A stretch of DNA of 64,000 nt from Thermoanaerobaculia bacterium (GTDB taxonomy: Bacteria; Acidobacteriota; Thermoanaerobaculia; UBA5066; Gp7-AA6). The position numbers were made by a program, and so were the translations under genes. Of the stretch, positions 22,824 to 33,521 are shown piece after piece (positions within the stretch are counted from its first letter, which is position 1; each line of letters begins with the position of its first letter). Location of the stretch: assembly GCA_038229875.1 (NCBI GenBank), contig JBBROA010000003.1, positions 1,465 through 65,464 on the forward strand, given 5' to 3'. The notes below the pieces were generated by a model that saw only the letters and a program-made list of their open reading frames with translations, made no database searches and was not told the origin of the DNA.

Positions 22824-24126
22824 CGAGCGCGTCACGGCGGGGGCGGTGGCCATACCCGCGCCTCTCCAGGAGGCCGGCTCCCGGCGGCTGTCCATCTCCG
22901 CGCACCTGGCGCTCTACGGAGAGGTGATACGCGGAGGGCTGATCGAGCTGTGGGCGCACAAGCTCCGCTCGATCCTCACGCTGACCCTTCTCATGCTCGG
23001 CGTCTTCGCGCTCGTCGTCATGACGTCTGTGATGGACGGCATCATGGACAAGATCTCCACCGGATTCTCGGGCATGAGCTGGGACGGCACGTTGATGCTC
23101 GTCCCGAAGGCTCCCGAAACGACCGACGACCAGAAGCGGTTCGCCATGAGCCCGGGGTTCCGTTACGAAGACCTTCCGCGGCTGACCGCGCCCAATGACA
23201 AGGTGCTCGCGTTCATTCCCCGGGCCAGCAGGCGGTCCGCGACGCGCATCTCGGGCGGGACGGAGCGGATCTTCGTCAACGGCGTTCCATTCGATTACGG
23301 CAAGTGGATGAACCGTCCGATCGGGCTGGGCCGCGGGTTGACGGAGGACGACCAGCGGCGGCGCTCCACCGTCGCCGTGGTCGGCGCGACGCTCGCTTCG
23401 AAGCTTTTCGGCGGGTCCGATCCCGTCGGCCGGGACGTCCTGGTGGAAGGGATTCCCTTCCGCGTCGTCGGCGTGCAGGCGAAGGGGCAGATCTTCTCGG
23501 ACGAGAACTGGCAGGACGCGAACGGGATCTCGATTCCGCTCGAGACTTACATGGACCGGATGGATTCCGAGCACAAGCTCACACAGCTCTCCGTGAAACT
23601 GAAAAACAAGAAGGACCTGGGCGAGCTGTCGACGGTCATGGTCAGCCGCGCGCGGCAGGCGCACCACGGGATCGAGGACACCGAGGTGAAGGACCTCGAG
23701 GCGGAGCTCGCGCGTTCGTACCAGCAGTTCTTGAACCAGATCTTCGGCTGGAAGGTCGTCCTGATGAGCCTCGCCGCGACCGTGCTGCTCGTCGGCGGAG
23801 TCGGCGTGCTGTCGGTCATGATGATCTCGTTCTCGGACCGCCGGTTCGAGATCGGCCTGCGCAAGGCCATGGGCGCGTCGGACTCCGAGATCCTGATCCA
23901 GTTTCTGCTCGAAGCGTGCGTCCTCGCCGCCCTGGGCGCGACTCTCGGCACTTTCTCGGGCGCGGTCGTGTGCAAGGCCCTCTCGGCGAGCTTCCCTTAC
24001 GGCCTGGTGGTGAACCCCGTCGGCCTGATCGTCGCCTGGGCAATCGCGCTCGTGCTCGCCATGACTTTCGGCATGTATCCGGCAGTCCGCGCGGCGCGCC
24101 TCTCCCCGATGGAGGCGATGAGGTAG
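22816..24126 (+). CDS. second ABC transporter permease (FtsX/MacB-like)
   Basis: Track ORF 22705..24126 trimmed to MSSERV at 22816, overlapping the previous stop; ends ARLSPMEAMR. Confidence 0.8.
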   Translation: MSSERVTAGAVAIPAPLQEAGSRRLSISAHLALYGEVIRGGLIELWAHKLRSILTLTLLMLGVFALVVMTSVMDGIMDKISTGFSGMSWDGTLMLVPKAPETTDDQKRFAMSPGFRYEDLPRLTAPNDKVLAFIPRASRRSATRISGGTERIFVNGVPFDYGKWMNRPIGLGRGLTEDDQRRRSTVAVVGATLASKLFGGSDPVGRDVLVEGIPFRVVGVQAKGQIFSDENWQDANGISIPLETYMDRMDSEHKLTQLSVKLKNKKDLGELSTVMVSRARQAHHGIEDTEVKDLEAELARSYQQFLNQIFGWKVVLMSLAATVLLVGGVGVLSVMMISFSDRRFEIGLRKAMGASDSEILIQFLLEACVLAALGATLGTFSGAVVCKALSASFPYGLVVNPVGLIVAWAIALVLAMTFGMYPAVRAARLSPMEAMR

Positions 24127-24158
24127 GGCCGCCACCATCTCGACTGAAGCGCAGCCCC

Positions 24159-24183
24159 CCTCTCCCCGCGCGCCGGGGAGAGG
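24159..24183. repeat. GC-rich palindromic REP-like element
   Basis: CCTCTCCCCGCGCGCCGGGGAGAGG just after the permease stop. Confidence 0.55.
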
Positions 24184-24235
24184 AAGACGCCCGGCGAAAA
24201 AACTTCCTACGAACTAATTCGTAAGCACCCTAACC

Positions 24236-26524
24236 TTGGTCGTTTACCAGCGTCTAAGCACGGTAGTGGGAACCCGAACCGCGCGGCGGAATCTCGTGCT
24301 CTTGATTCTTCTCTACATCCTGGCTCTGTGGCTGGCTACCACGGCCCTCCACGCGCAGGAAGCGGAGACGATCCACATCACGCGCGCCGCCGGCCCGATC
24401 ACGGTCGACGCCGACCTCTCCGACCCCGGCTGGAAGAACGCGACCCGTCTGGAAACCTGGTACGAGACTAATCCCGGCGACAACGTCCCGCCGAAGGTCA
24501 AGAACGTCGGATATCTGACCTACGACGACCGCTTCTTCTACGCGGCGTTCGAATTTTCGGACCCGGACCCCTCGAAGATCCGAGCCCCTTACGCGGACCG
24601 GGATCAGATCGGGAGCGCTCTCGATTACGGCGGGGTCATCATCAACCCGCGCAACGACGGCCGGAGCGGCATCCTGTTTCTCGCGAACCCGCGCGGCGTC
24701 CAGTACGACGCGGTCAGCGACGATTTTTCCGGCGAGGACAACTCCCCCGACTTCTACTGGGACTCGGCGGCGAAGATCACGGCCGATGGATGGATCCTCG
24801 AGATGCGGATCCCATTCTCCTCCCTGCGCTATTCGAAGGGCGACCCGCAGACCTGGGCGATCATGTTGTACCGCAACTATCCGAGGCAGTTCCGTTATCA
24901 GCTCTTCACTTCGCGCCTTCCCCGCGGGTCGAGCTGCTTCCTCTGCCACTGCGCCCCTCTGACGGGTCTCTCCGGGCTTCCGTCGGGCGGCCACATCGTG
25001 GTGGCGCCGTACGCGACGTTCAAGGAAGAGGGCGTCCCCCGCGGTGAGTCCGGCTCGCCGCTTCTCAACAAACCGGGACGTGGGGACGGAGGCGTCGACG
25101 CGAAGTGGAACCCGAACGAGAACACGGCGATCGACGCGACGGTCAATCCGGATTTCTCGCAGGTGGAGTCGGATGTCGCGAAGATCGGCGCCAATGAGCG
25201 CTTCGCCCTGAATTTCCCGGAGAAGCGCCCGTTCTTTCTGGAAGGCATCGAGCTCTTCTCGACTCCGATACCCGCCGTGTACACCCGCAGCATCACGTCG
25301 CCGCGGTGGGGAGCGCGAGCGACCGGCAAGATGGGCGATACCGGGTACACGGTGCTCGTCGCCGAGGATCGCGGGGGCGGCAGCGTCATCCTCCCCGGCC
25401 CGAACGGCTCCGACTTCGCCGACCAGGATTTCCAGTCGTTCGTCGGAATCGGCCGGGTGCGACAGAACATCGGGAAGTCCTTCGTCAGCTTTCTCGCGAC
25501 GGACCGCGAGATTTCCGGCGGCGGATACAACCGCGTTTACGGGCCCGATTTTCAGTGGCGGCCGAACGACCACGAGACCGTCACGGGCCAGTTTCTCCTC
25601 AGCAACACGAAAACTCCCGATCGTCCGGATCTGACTCCGGATTGGACAGGTCGCCGGCTCGATTCGCACGCGGCGGACATCTGGTATCAGCACAACGACC
25701 CGCACTGGGACTGGTTCACCGAGTATCAGGACTTCGGCGACGCCTTTCGCGCGGAGGACGGATTCGTGCCGCAGGTCGGCTACCGGCACAACTACGCCGA
25801 AAGCGGTTACACCACACGGCCGAAAGGAATCTTCAGCCGGTTTCGCCGCTTCGTCCAGGCGGAATACTCCGCGGACACGGAGCACAACCTGATCTTCCGG
25901 GACGTCTCCGGCGGGATCGAGCTCGACGGCCGCTGGAATTCGATGTCGCGGTTTCGGCTCGCGTTCGATCGCGTCCGGAGCGGCACGAAGGACATCCCGC
26001 GGCGGCAGCTTCTCTTCAACATTCAGTTCGCGCCGTCCGGGGCCATCTCGGGAATCACGCTTTCTGGATTCGTCGGAGAGGAAGTCGACTTCGCGAACTC
26101 CCGCGGCGGACGCGGCGCAAACCTCGTCCTCGCGGCCACGGTCCGCCCGACGGACCACCTTGCGCTTGCCGCCAATGGGGCGCTCCGCTGGCTCGACGTG
26201 ACACCGGAAGCAGGCGGGTCGCGCGAGCGCCTGTTCACCGCGAAGATCGCCCGGCTGAAGGCGACCTACACCTTCAACTCGAAGGCGTTCTTCCGCGCCA
26301 TCGCGCAGTACGTCCGGACGAATCGTAACGTTTCCCTCTACCGATCCTCCGTCGACGCGAGCGATGGATCGCTCACGGGATCCGCCCTGTTCGCGTACAA
26401 GCTCAACTGGCAGTCGGTGTTGTTCATCGGCTACGGGGACAATCGCACGCTGTCGGAGACCAACACGTTCGAGAGGCGTGACCGGCAGTTCTTCCTGAAG
26501 GTCTCGTACGCCTTCCAGCGCTAA
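24236..26524 (+). CDS. CBM9-like/DUF5916 outer-membrane protein
   Basis: ITRAAGPITVDADLSDPGW...YLTYDDRFFYAAFEFSDPDP N-terminal domain, then beta-rich region ending KVSYAFQR (terminal aromatic-X motif); TTG start. Confidence 0.7.
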   Translation: MVVYQRLSTVVGTRTARRNLVLLILLYILALWLATTALHAQEAETIHITRAAGPITVDADLSDPGWKNATRLETWYETNPGDNVPPKVKNVGYLTYDDRFFYAAFEFSDPDPSKIRAPYADRDQIGSALDYGGVIINPRNDGRSGILFLANPRGVQYDAVSDDFSGEDNSPDFYWDSAAKITADGWILEMRIPFSSLRYSKGDPQTWAIMLYRNYPRQFRYQLFTSRLPRGSSCFLCHCAPLTGLSGLPSGGHIVVAPYATFKEEGVPRGESGSPLLNKPGRGDGGVDAKWNPNENTAIDATVNPDFSQVESDVAKIGANERFALNFPEKRPFFLEGIELFSTPIPAVYTRSITSPRWGARATGKMGDTGYTVLVAEDRGGGSVILPGPNGSDFADQDFQSFVGIGRVRQNIGKSFVSFLATDREISGGGYNRVYGPDFQWRPNDHETVTGQFLLSNTKTPDRPDLTPDWTGRRLDSHAADIWYQHNDPHWDWFTEYQDFGDAFRAEDGFVPQVGYRHNYAESGYTTRPKGIFSRFRRFVQAEYSADTEHNLIFRDVSGGIELDGRWNSMSRFRLAFDRVRSGTKDIPRRQLLFNIQFAPSGAISGITLSGFVGEEVDFANSRGGRGANLVLAATVRPTDHLALAANGALRWLDVTPEAGGSRERLFTAKIARLKATYTFNSKAFFRAIAQYVRTNRNVSLYRSSVDASDGSLTGSALFAYKLNWQSVLFIGYGDNRTLSETNTFERRDRQFFLKVSYAFQR

Positions 26525-26548
26525 CCCGCCGGCGGAGCCGGGAGGTTC

Positions 26549-28186
26549 CTATTTGCGGGAGCCGTGGTTGTTCGCGAAGACCTGCGTGATCTCGGCGCCG
26601 AAGAAGAGGATCAGGCCCGAGTAATACGTCCAGAGAAGCACGACGACGAGCGATCCCGCGCCCCCGTAGGGACCCGAGATCCGCCCGAGATAGAGGCCGA
26701 TCAGGAACTGACCGAGCACGAAGAGAATCGACGTGATCCCGGAACCGATCCACACGTCCCGCCACGCAATCTTCGCGTCCGGAAGGAACTTGAAGATCAG
26801 CGCGAACAGCAGACCGACGACCGCCCAGGAGAGGAGCGCGTGCAGCGCGCCGAAGAGAAACGTGACCTCCTCGCCCGCCTTCTTTCCGACGGCGGAAAGC
26901 GCCGCGGAGACGGCGAGTGAAACCAGGAGGAGAAATCCCGTCCCGAGCACCATCGCGAGCGAGAGGAATCGGGACCGGATCATGTTCCAGATCCCGCCCG
27001 TCTGCTTCTCCGGCACTCCCCAGATCTTGTTGAGCATCTGCTGGAGGTACCCGAACACCCCTCCGGCGCCCAGCAGCAGCGTCGCGACTCCGAGGATGGT
27101 TGCGATGATCCCGCTCGCAGGTTTGCTCGCCTGCTGCATGAGAGAGCCGACCGTCGCGGCCGCCTGGGGTCCGACGAGCTGCCCGATCTGACCCAGCATG
27201 CGCTGCCGAACTTCGTCTTTACCGAAGAGGAGCCCCGCGACCGCGACGATGATCAGCAGGAGCGGCGCGAGCGACAGCATCGTCGCGTAGGCGAGCGCCG
27301 CGCCGCGGGTCAGCGCTTCGTGCTTCTGGAAGTCCTTCGCCGCGTCCCGGAAAAGCCCCCATACGAACCCGAGACGTTCTTTCCACGTCGCGTGCTTCAA
27401 CGCCTTGAGGGTGCCCTTTGCCTTCTGCTCGCCGGCCTCGTCGGAAGCCGGCGGCGGCTTCTTCTCGCCGGCTGCTTTCTTATTCCCCTCGAGCTTCGCC
27501 TTCGTGGAGGACGAAGAGTCCTCGTCGTTTTTCGCCCCGGACTTCCTGTCATCTTTCAGCCCGGCCTTCTTCTCATCTGACCCGGGTCGCCCCCGGAGCG
27601 TTCGCCCGCCTTCCTCCGCGTTATTGAGATCGTCATCGTCGTCGCCGCGGGAGGCGTCTTCCGCCGCACGCCGGCCGCGGGCGAGAAGCCTCTCACCGCC
27701 TGCCGCGAGGGCCCGTCGCGCGATGGGAGACCGGAGGAGTGCGAACAGAAGGGTGATCGGGATTGGCCGCGGCCGATACTTCTTCACCTGACGGTCTGCC
27801 CGGCGGAACGAACGGCTCCATCGCGCGGCAACCGATTCCGTGCGGTTCCGCATGACCCGCCGAACCAGCGCAGAGACGACCAGGCCGGCGCCCGCCACCG
27901 CCGCCGTGAGGCCCGCGAACTTGAGCCAGACTCCGCCGCGCTTTGTGAACCTCTCGACGTGGGAGCGCACGTCGGTCAAGTCGGCCGCGATCTGCGCCCG
28001 CTCCTTCTCTCCATCCTTGTCGAGCCGGGAGATGCGCTTGGACGGATCGGCCATGGCGTCCCGGATTGCAAGTTCCAAGCCGCCCTCCGTGGAATTCGAC
28101 TCGAAAAAAGGTCGGACGGAAGTGTGTTCGCTCCCATCCGGATCATCTTCGGGCGAACGCATAAGATTCGGTGGGTCAAGTCTCAA
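26549..28186 (-). CDS. YihY/BrkB family membrane protein with about 267-aa N-terminal extension
   Basis: RGAALAYATMLSLAPLLLI...GVFGYLQQMLNKIWGV core; upstream in-frame K/D/E-rich low-complexity region plus one TM; start not certain. Confidence 0.7.
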   Translation of the reverse strand: MRLDPPNLMRSPEDDPDGSEHTSVRPFFESNSTEGGLELAIRDAMADPSKRISRLDKDGEKERAQIAADLTDVRSHVERFTKRGGVWLKFAGLTAAVAGAGLVVSALVRRVMRNRTESVAARWSRSFRRADRQVKKYRPRPIPITLLFALLRSPIARRALAAGGERLLARGRRAAEDASRGDDDDDLNNAEEGGRTLRGRPGSDEKKAGLKDDRKSGAKNDEDSSSSTKAKLEGNKKAAGEKKPPPASDEAGEQKAKGTLKALKHATWKERLGFVWGLFRDAAKDFQKHEALTRGAALAYATMLSLAPLLLIIVAVAGLLFGKDEVRQRMLGQIGQLVGPQAAATVGSLMQQASKPASGIIATILGVATLLLGAGGVFGYLQQMLNKIWGVPEKQTGGIWNMIRSRFLSLAMVLGTGFLLLVSLAVSAALSAVGKKAGEEVTFLFGALHALLSWAVVGLLFALIFKFLPDAKIAWRDVWIGSGITSILFVLGQFLIGLYLGRISGPYGGAGSLVVVLLWTYYSGLILFFGAEITQVFANNHGSRK

Positions 28187-28196
28187 GGAGGACGCG

Positions 28197-28727
28197 ATGA
28201 CGATTCGGAAAAGCGCCTCGTTCGCCCTTTGCCTTCTCTCTTCGCTGGTCGCGCTCGCGATCGACGGTTCGGCCCCCGGGGTTCGTTGGGCTGTGCCCCC
28301 CGGGTGGACCTCGCAAGCTCAGCGGCAGATGAGGGTCGCGACGTATTCGGTTCCCTCGAAGACGGAGCCGGGAGAGTGCGGAGTCTTTTATTTCGGGCAG
28401 GGAGGGGGAGGTTCGCTCGCCGAGAACATCGACCGCTGGGGAAAGCAGTTCGAGGGAGCGCCGCCTCCCACCACTTCCATCGAGACCGTCGATGGGATGC
28501 GGGTGCACCGCGTTCAGACTTCCGGCACGTACCTCTCCCCCGGCGGTCCGATGATGCAGTCGCAGGGAAAGAAGCCCGGCTACCGCCTCATGGGGGCGAT
28601 CGTCGAAGGACCCGAGGGGCTCGTCTTCTTCAAATGCACCGGCCCGGCGGCTGCGATCTCCGCCGCGCAACCGGGGTTCGACGGGCTCGTCCGGTCGATG
28701 AAGAAAAGCACGGTCACGAAGGTGTGA
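28197..28727 (+). CDS. secreted hypothetical protein (176 aa)
   Basis: AAGGAGGA then ATG 28197; MTIRKSASFALCLLSSLVALA signal peptide. Confidence 0.6.
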   Translation: MTIRKSASFALCLLSSLVALAIDGSAPGVRWAVPPGWTSQAQRQMRVATYSVPSKTEPGECGVFYFGQGGGGSLAENIDRWGKQFEGAPPPTTSIETVDGMRVHRVQTSGTYLSPGGPMMQSQGKKPGYRLMGAIVEGPEGLVFFKCTGPAAAISAAQPGFDGLVRSMKKSTVTKV

Positions 28728-29703
28728 TCGCCGCGAGCTCTTCCGCGAGCGCCCGGATCGTCGCCGGCGCGCAGCCTTCCGCTTTGTTGTTGACGAGCAC
28801 GTAAACGGGCCGGGCTCCCCCGGCGCGGATCAGGTCGAGTGTGTCGCGCCTCATCTCGGGATTCTCGTCCACGATGCGATTGAACGGAACGAACTCCTCA
28901 CGGCGTTCGCCGTATCCCGTGCCGGGACGGAGCAGCAGCCGGATCACGACGAACGGCGCCTCCACGGGCACCATCTCCGCCTGCAGGCCGGGCATCGGCA
29001 TTCCGGACGCCGCGTTGTACACGTGCGCAACGCCGTGGCGCAGGAGCACCTTGCGGTATTCGGCCGTCAGAAGCCACGGATCGCGCAGCTCGACGGCGTA
29101 GGACACGTCGCGCGGAAGCGCTTCGAGGAATCCATCGAGAGCGGAAGCGAACGCGTCGGGCGTGGACCGGGCTTCCCGCGGCGCGGGCGAAAACTGCAGC
29201 AGGAACGGACCGGTGTGCCCGGCAAACTCTTCCCGGAACGGCCCCAGCATCTCGTCCTCGAACCGGCGGGGGTTCAGGAAGTCCGGGTTCACCGTCCGAG
29301 CGCCGGGCAGTGCCGCGCCCGTCACGGCGGCGGGCGCCTTCGCGCAGCACAGGAATCCCTCCGGCAACTGCGAGGCGTAGACGCGAAGGTCCTCCCGCGG
29401 GATCGGCGCATAGAAACTTCGATCGATACCGACCGTGGTCAGAAGAGGATGGCGCGCGTATTCGACCAGGCCTTCGCGCGCGAGACGGGACGCCGTCGCG
29501 CGCCGCGGATACACGATCCCCTCCCAGCCCGGAAAGCTCCAGGAGCTCGTGCCAAAGCGGACGTTCTTCGGGAGCCTCTCCCTCACGACCCGCGCTTCCG
29601 CGCGCTCCCTTTCGAGCCGCTGTTCCAACGGATTCGGGGCCGCCGGGCCGGGCTCGACCGCGAACAGCGGGATCTGGCCGGGAGAGGGGCCGCGCGGATT
29701 CAT
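28714..29703 (-). CDS. DUF72 domain protein
   Basis: RFGTSSWSFPGWEGIVYP...YAVELRDPWL...VYVLVNNKAEGCAP pattern is typical of DUF72. Confidence 0.8.
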   Translation of the reverse strand: MNPRGPSPGQIPLFAVEPGPAAPNPLEQRLERERAEARVVRERLPKNVRFGTSSWSFPGWEGIVYPRRATASRLAREGLVEYARHPLLTTVGIDRSFYAPIPREDLRVYASQLPEGFLCCAKAPAAVTGAALPGARTVNPDFLNPRRFEDEMLGPFREEFAGHTGPFLLQFSPAPREARSTPDAFASALDGFLEALPRDVSYAVELRDPWLLTAEYRKVLLRHGVAHVYNAASGMPMPGLQAEMVPVEAPFVVIRLLLRPGTGYGERREEFVPFNRIVDENPEMRRDTLDLIRAGGARPVYVLVNNKAEGCAPATIRALAEELAAITPS

Positions 29704-29753
29704 GGCGGGTCCGGGATTCTGACACGTTAGAATTCGATCACCGGAGGAACAGG

Positions 29754-31853
29754 ATGTTCGGCTGTCGGAAGGCGTTCCGCATCGCCATCGCCGTAGCCGT
29801 GTTCCTCGTGACCCTGGGCTTGAAGGCGCAGAGCGGGGCGGCGCCTCTCGATCGAAAGGCGCCGATGGACTCTGCCGACAGGCTCGAAACGGAGCTCACC
29901 ACCCGGTACGGGGCGGGCGAACGGGACCGGATCCGGGGCGGTCTCCGGCAGGTCCGGGAGTTCTGGCGCTCCTCCGACGGCGACGGGGCCGCGATGGCGG
30001 ACTTCGTCCGGAAGAACTTCGCGGGAGACCCGGCTTCCCGGGAGGCGCTGTTCTCCCGGCTCGAGCTCGCGATGGAGTCGCTCGACGGGCACATGCTCGA
30101 GATCGGGCGCGATTTCCGAAAGCAGTCGGACCTCGACCTCGGCGAGATCTATCCCTTCGACGAGACGCTGGCGGGATACGACCCCTCCGCGCACGTCAGC
30201 GACGACCTGTTTGCGAACAAGCTCGCGTTCACGGTCCTCCTGAATTTCCCGCTCACCACGCTGCAGGAGCGCCTCGGTTCCGGGGAGACGTGGTCGCGCC
30301 GCCAGTGGGCGGAGGCGCGGCTGGCGCAGCGATTCGGAAAACGCGTTCCGGCGGAGGTCAACCTCGCGATCGCGCAGGCCGCTTCGGGCGCCGCCAGCTA
30401 CATCGCCGGCTACAACATCTGGATGCATCATCTGGTCGACGGAAGCGGGAAGCGGCTTTTCCCGGCGGGCATGCGGCTTCTTTCGCACTGGAACCTCCGC
30501 GACCAGCTCAAGTCGGACTATTCGAGCGGAAAAGAAGGGCTCGCGCGGCAGCGGACGATTCAGAAGGTGATGGAGCGAATCGTCACGCAGACGATCCCGG
30601 AGTCGGTCGTCGACAACCCCGGCGTCGACTGGAACCCGCTCACGAACGACGTGAAGCCGGCCACTGTGAAGGATTCCGACCGTCCTCTTCCGCCGGGCCG
30701 CGCGGCGACCTCCGCGGCCGAGCCCGATACCCGATACGCCCGGCTGCTCGCTCTTTTTCAGGCCGTGCGCCAGGCGGATCCCTACTCGCCGACCGCACCG
30801 ACCCTGATGGCGCGCCGCTTCGACGAGGACCGCGAGATCCCGGAGCCGCGATTCCGCGCGATGCTCGAGCGGGTTCTGTCGTCGCCGCTCGTCCCCCGCG
30901 TCGCGCGGCTGATCACGACGCGTCTGCAGCGGCCTCTCGAGCCGTTCGACATCTGGTACGCGGGGTTTCGCGCGAAGAGCCCGTACCCGGAAGCGGAGCT
31001 CGACGACATCGTCCGCACGAAATACCCGACCGCGGCCGCCTATCAGAAGGACATCCCGAATCTGCTCGAGCACCTGGGGTTTTCGAAGGAGAAGTCCCGG
31101 TGGCTCGCGACGCACATCGCCGTCGATGCGGCGCGGGGCTCCGGACACGCCATGGGGGCGGGGCGACGCGACGACTCCGCGCACCTGCGCACGCGGGTCG
31201 AGAAGAACGGCATGAATTACAAGGGGTTCAACATTGCCGTGCACGAGATGGGGCACACGGTCGAGCAGACTTTCTCTCTGAACTCGATCGACCACACGCT
31301 GCTCCAGGGCGTCCCCAACAACGCGTTCACGGAGGCGCTGGCGTTCGTTTTCCAGGCGCACGATCTCGAGCTGCTCGGCCTCGCCCGCCCCGACCCGGCC
31401 GCGCGCGCGTTGAAGACCCTGAACGATTTCTGGGGGACGTACGAGATCGCCGGGTCCGCGCTCGTCGACATGGACGTGTGGAACTGGATGTATGCACATC
31501 CGGACGCCACACCTGGGCAGCTGAAGGCCGCCACGCTCGACATCGCGCGAGCGGTGTGGAACCGCTTTTATGCGCCGGTCTTCGGACAACGCGACGCCGT
31601 GCTGCTCGGGATCTACTCGCACATGATCGACTCGATCCTGTACCTGCCCGACTATCCGCTCGGCCACATGATCGCGTTTCAGATCGAGCGGAAGATCGAA
31701 GCGTCCGGACACCTCGGCGAGGAATTCGAACGGATGGCGATTGCGGGCCGCGTCGCGCCCGATGTGTGGATGAAAAACGCGACGGGATTGCCGGTCGGCC
31801 CCGACGCGCTGCTCGCGGAGGCCGAGAAGGCGCTCGGCGAGATAGCGAAGTAG
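29754..31853 (+). CDS. secreted zinc metallopeptidase-like protein (HEMGH)
   Basis: Track ORF 29310..31853 trimmed to GGAGGA + ATG 29754; signal peptide MFGCRKAFRIAIAVAVFLVTLGLKA; NIAVHEMGHTVEQ. Confidence 0.7.
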   Translation: MFGCRKAFRIAIAVAVFLVTLGLKAQSGAAPLDRKAPMDSADRLETELTTRYGAGERDRIRGGLRQVREFWRSSDGDGAAMADFVRKNFAGDPASREALFSRLELAMESLDGHMLEIGRDFRKQSDLDLGEIYPFDETLAGYDPSAHVSDDLFANKLAFTVLLNFPLTTLQERLGSGETWSRRQWAEARLAQRFGKRVPAEVNLAIAQAASGAASYIAGYNIWMHHLVDGSGKRLFPAGMRLLSHWNLRDQLKSDYSSGKEGLARQRTIQKVMERIVTQTIPESVVDNPGVDWNPLTNDVKPATVKDSDRPLPPGRAATSAAEPDTRYARLLALFQAVRQADPYSPTAPTLMARRFDEDREIPEPRFRAMLERVLSSPLVPRVARLITTRLQRPLEPFDIWYAGFRAKSPYPEAELDDIVRTKYPTAAAYQKDIPNLLEHLGFSKEKSRWLATHIAVDAARGSGHAMGAGRRDDSAHLRTRVEKNGMNYKGFNIAVHEMGHTVEQTFSLNSIDHTLLQGVPNNAFTEALAFVFQAHDLELLGLARPDPAARALKTLNDFWGTYEIAGSALVDMDVWNWMYAHPDATPGQLKAATLDIARAVWNRFYAPVFGQRDAVLLGIYSHMIDSILYLPDYPLGHMIAFQIERKIEASGHLGEEFERMAIAGRVAPDVWMKNATGLPVGPDALLAEAEKALGEIAK

Positions 31854-31906
31854 CGAGGCGGGGGCCTCATCCCCCCCTCGGCCCTGAGCCCCTGACCCCG
31901 ACGTTC

Positions 31907-32818
31907 ATGAAAGCGCTCGTCTTTACCGCCGGTCGCGCGCTCGTTTCGGAGATCCCAACTCCCCGCCTCCGCCCGGGTTACGCCCGGATCCGGGTCGTCC
32001 TGTCCGGCATCTGCAATACGGACCTCGAGCTGCGCCGCGGGTACCACGGCTTCTCCGGGGTGCCGGGTCACGAGTTCGTCGGGATCGTCGAGGCGCCGCG
32101 GGACTCCCGGTGGCTCGATAAGCGCGTCGTTGGCGAGATCAACCTCGGGTGCGGCCGGTGCGCGCAATGCCGGAACGGGCTCGCTCGCCACTGCGCCAGG
32201 CGCCGCGTGCTCGGAATCCTCGGTCATCCCGGTGCGCACGCGGAATTCCTGACTCTGCCCGAAGAAAATCTTCGCGAAGTTCCTTCCGGGATCTCGGACG
32301 AGGCGGCCGTCTTCACCGAGCCGCTTGCGGCGGCGTGCGAGATCCTCGATCAGTTCGACGTCTCGGCGGGCTGCCGGGCGGCGGTGCTAGGACCCGGAAA
32401 GCTCGGCCGCCTGGTCGCCCGCGTGCTCGCGCATGCGGGTGCGATCGTGTCGTTGCTCGGCCGGCGATCCGGCGCGCGAAGCAGGTCCTTCGATCTGGTC
32501 GTCGAAGCGACGGGGTCGCCTGAGGGAATTACCCGCGCCATCGAGCTCGTCCGGCCGAGAGGCACGATCATCTGGAAATCGACACACCACGGCCCGACGA
32601 GTTTCGACGCCGCCCCGCTCGTCATCTCGGAGATCACCGTCATCGGCTCCCGCTGCGGCCGCTTCGAGCCAGCGCTCGACCTGCTGCGCGAACGGCGCAT
32701 CCGGGTCGACGACCTGTTGAGTTCCGAGTTTCCTCTCGCACAGGCCTCAAAGGCGCTGCGAGAAGCCGGGAAGCCTGGAGTCCTTAAGGTGCTGCTGCGG
32801 CCTGACTCACGAAAATAA
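31907..32818 (+). CDS. zinc-dependent alcohol dehydrogenase family (MDR) protein
   Basis: GICNTDLELRRGYHGFSGVPGHEFVG, GCGRCAQCRNGLARHC structural zinc site. Confidence 0.8.
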   Translation: MKALVFTAGRALVSEIPTPRLRPGYARIRVVLSGICNTDLELRRGYHGFSGVPGHEFVGIVEAPRDSRWLDKRVVGEINLGCGRCAQCRNGLARHCARRRVLGILGHPGAHAEFLTLPEENLREVPSGISDEAAVFTEPLAAACEILDQFDVSAGCRAAVLGPGKLGRLVARVLAHAGAIVSLLGRRSGARSRSFDLVVEATGSPEGITRAIELVRPRGTIIWKSTHHGPTSFDAAPLVISEITVIGSRCGRFEPALDLLRERRIRVDDLLSSEFPLAQASKALREAGKPGVLKVLLRPDSRK

Positions 32819-32864
32819 TCGCGAGCCAGCTGCCCGAGCGCGTCGCGTCCCTACGGGAAGCGGC

Positions 32865-33518
32865 CTAGATCGTCCCCGCCTTGATCGCCTGCAGAACCGC
32901 ACGTGTCCGGTCACGCACGCCGAGCTTCGAGAGGATGCTCGAGACGTGATTCTTGACCGTGCCCTCCGCGACGAAGAGCGCGCGGGCGATCTCGCGGTTG
33001 CTCTCGCCGCGCGCCATCAAACGGAGCACTTCGATTTCGCGCCCGGTGAGCGGAACCGGAGGATCCAGGCGAGGAAAATCCGTTGCGAGCGACTTCGCTC
33101 CGCGGGCCGTGTCGTTGTCGAGGACCGGCGCGACGACCGTGCCGCCTTCCATGACCGTGTGAATGGCTCGGACCAGGCCGTCGAGCGAAACGTCCTTCAG
33201 CAGAAACCCGCGCGCTCCCGCGCGAAACGCCTGCACGACCAGCTCCTCGTCGTCGAAGGTCGTCAGGACGATCGTCGGAGGAAGCGTCCCTCGCGCCGTA
33301 AGGACCTCCAGCACCTCGATCCCGGACAGTCCCGGCATCCGGAGATCGAGCAGCACCAGGTCGGGATGCGAGGCCTCGATCGCAGCCATCGCGGAAGCGC
33401 CGTCTCCCGCCTCCGCGACGACGACGATTCCGGGCGCGAGGCCGAGCAGGCTCCGGATGCCTTCGCGAACCAGCGTCTGATCGTCGACGAGGCAGACACG
33501 AATGGGCGCAGCGCTCAC
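32865..33518 (-). CDS. response regulator, NarL/LuxR family
   Basis: VCLVDDQTLVREG..DLVLLDLRMPGLSG receiver; REIEVLRLMARGESNREIA...TVKNHVSSILSKLGV HTH. Confidence 0.9.
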   Translation of the reverse strand: MSAAPIRVCLVDDQTLVREGIRSLLGLAPGIVVVAEAGDGASAMAAIEASHPDLVLLDLRMPGLSGIEVLEVLTARGTLPPTIVLTTFDDEELVVQAFRAGARGFLLKDVSLDGLVRAIHTVMEGGTVVAPVLDNDTARGAKSLATDFPRLDPPVPLTGREIEVLRLMARGESNREIARALFVAEGTVKNHVSSILSKLGVRDRTRAVLQAIKAGTI

Positions 33519-33521
33519 CGT

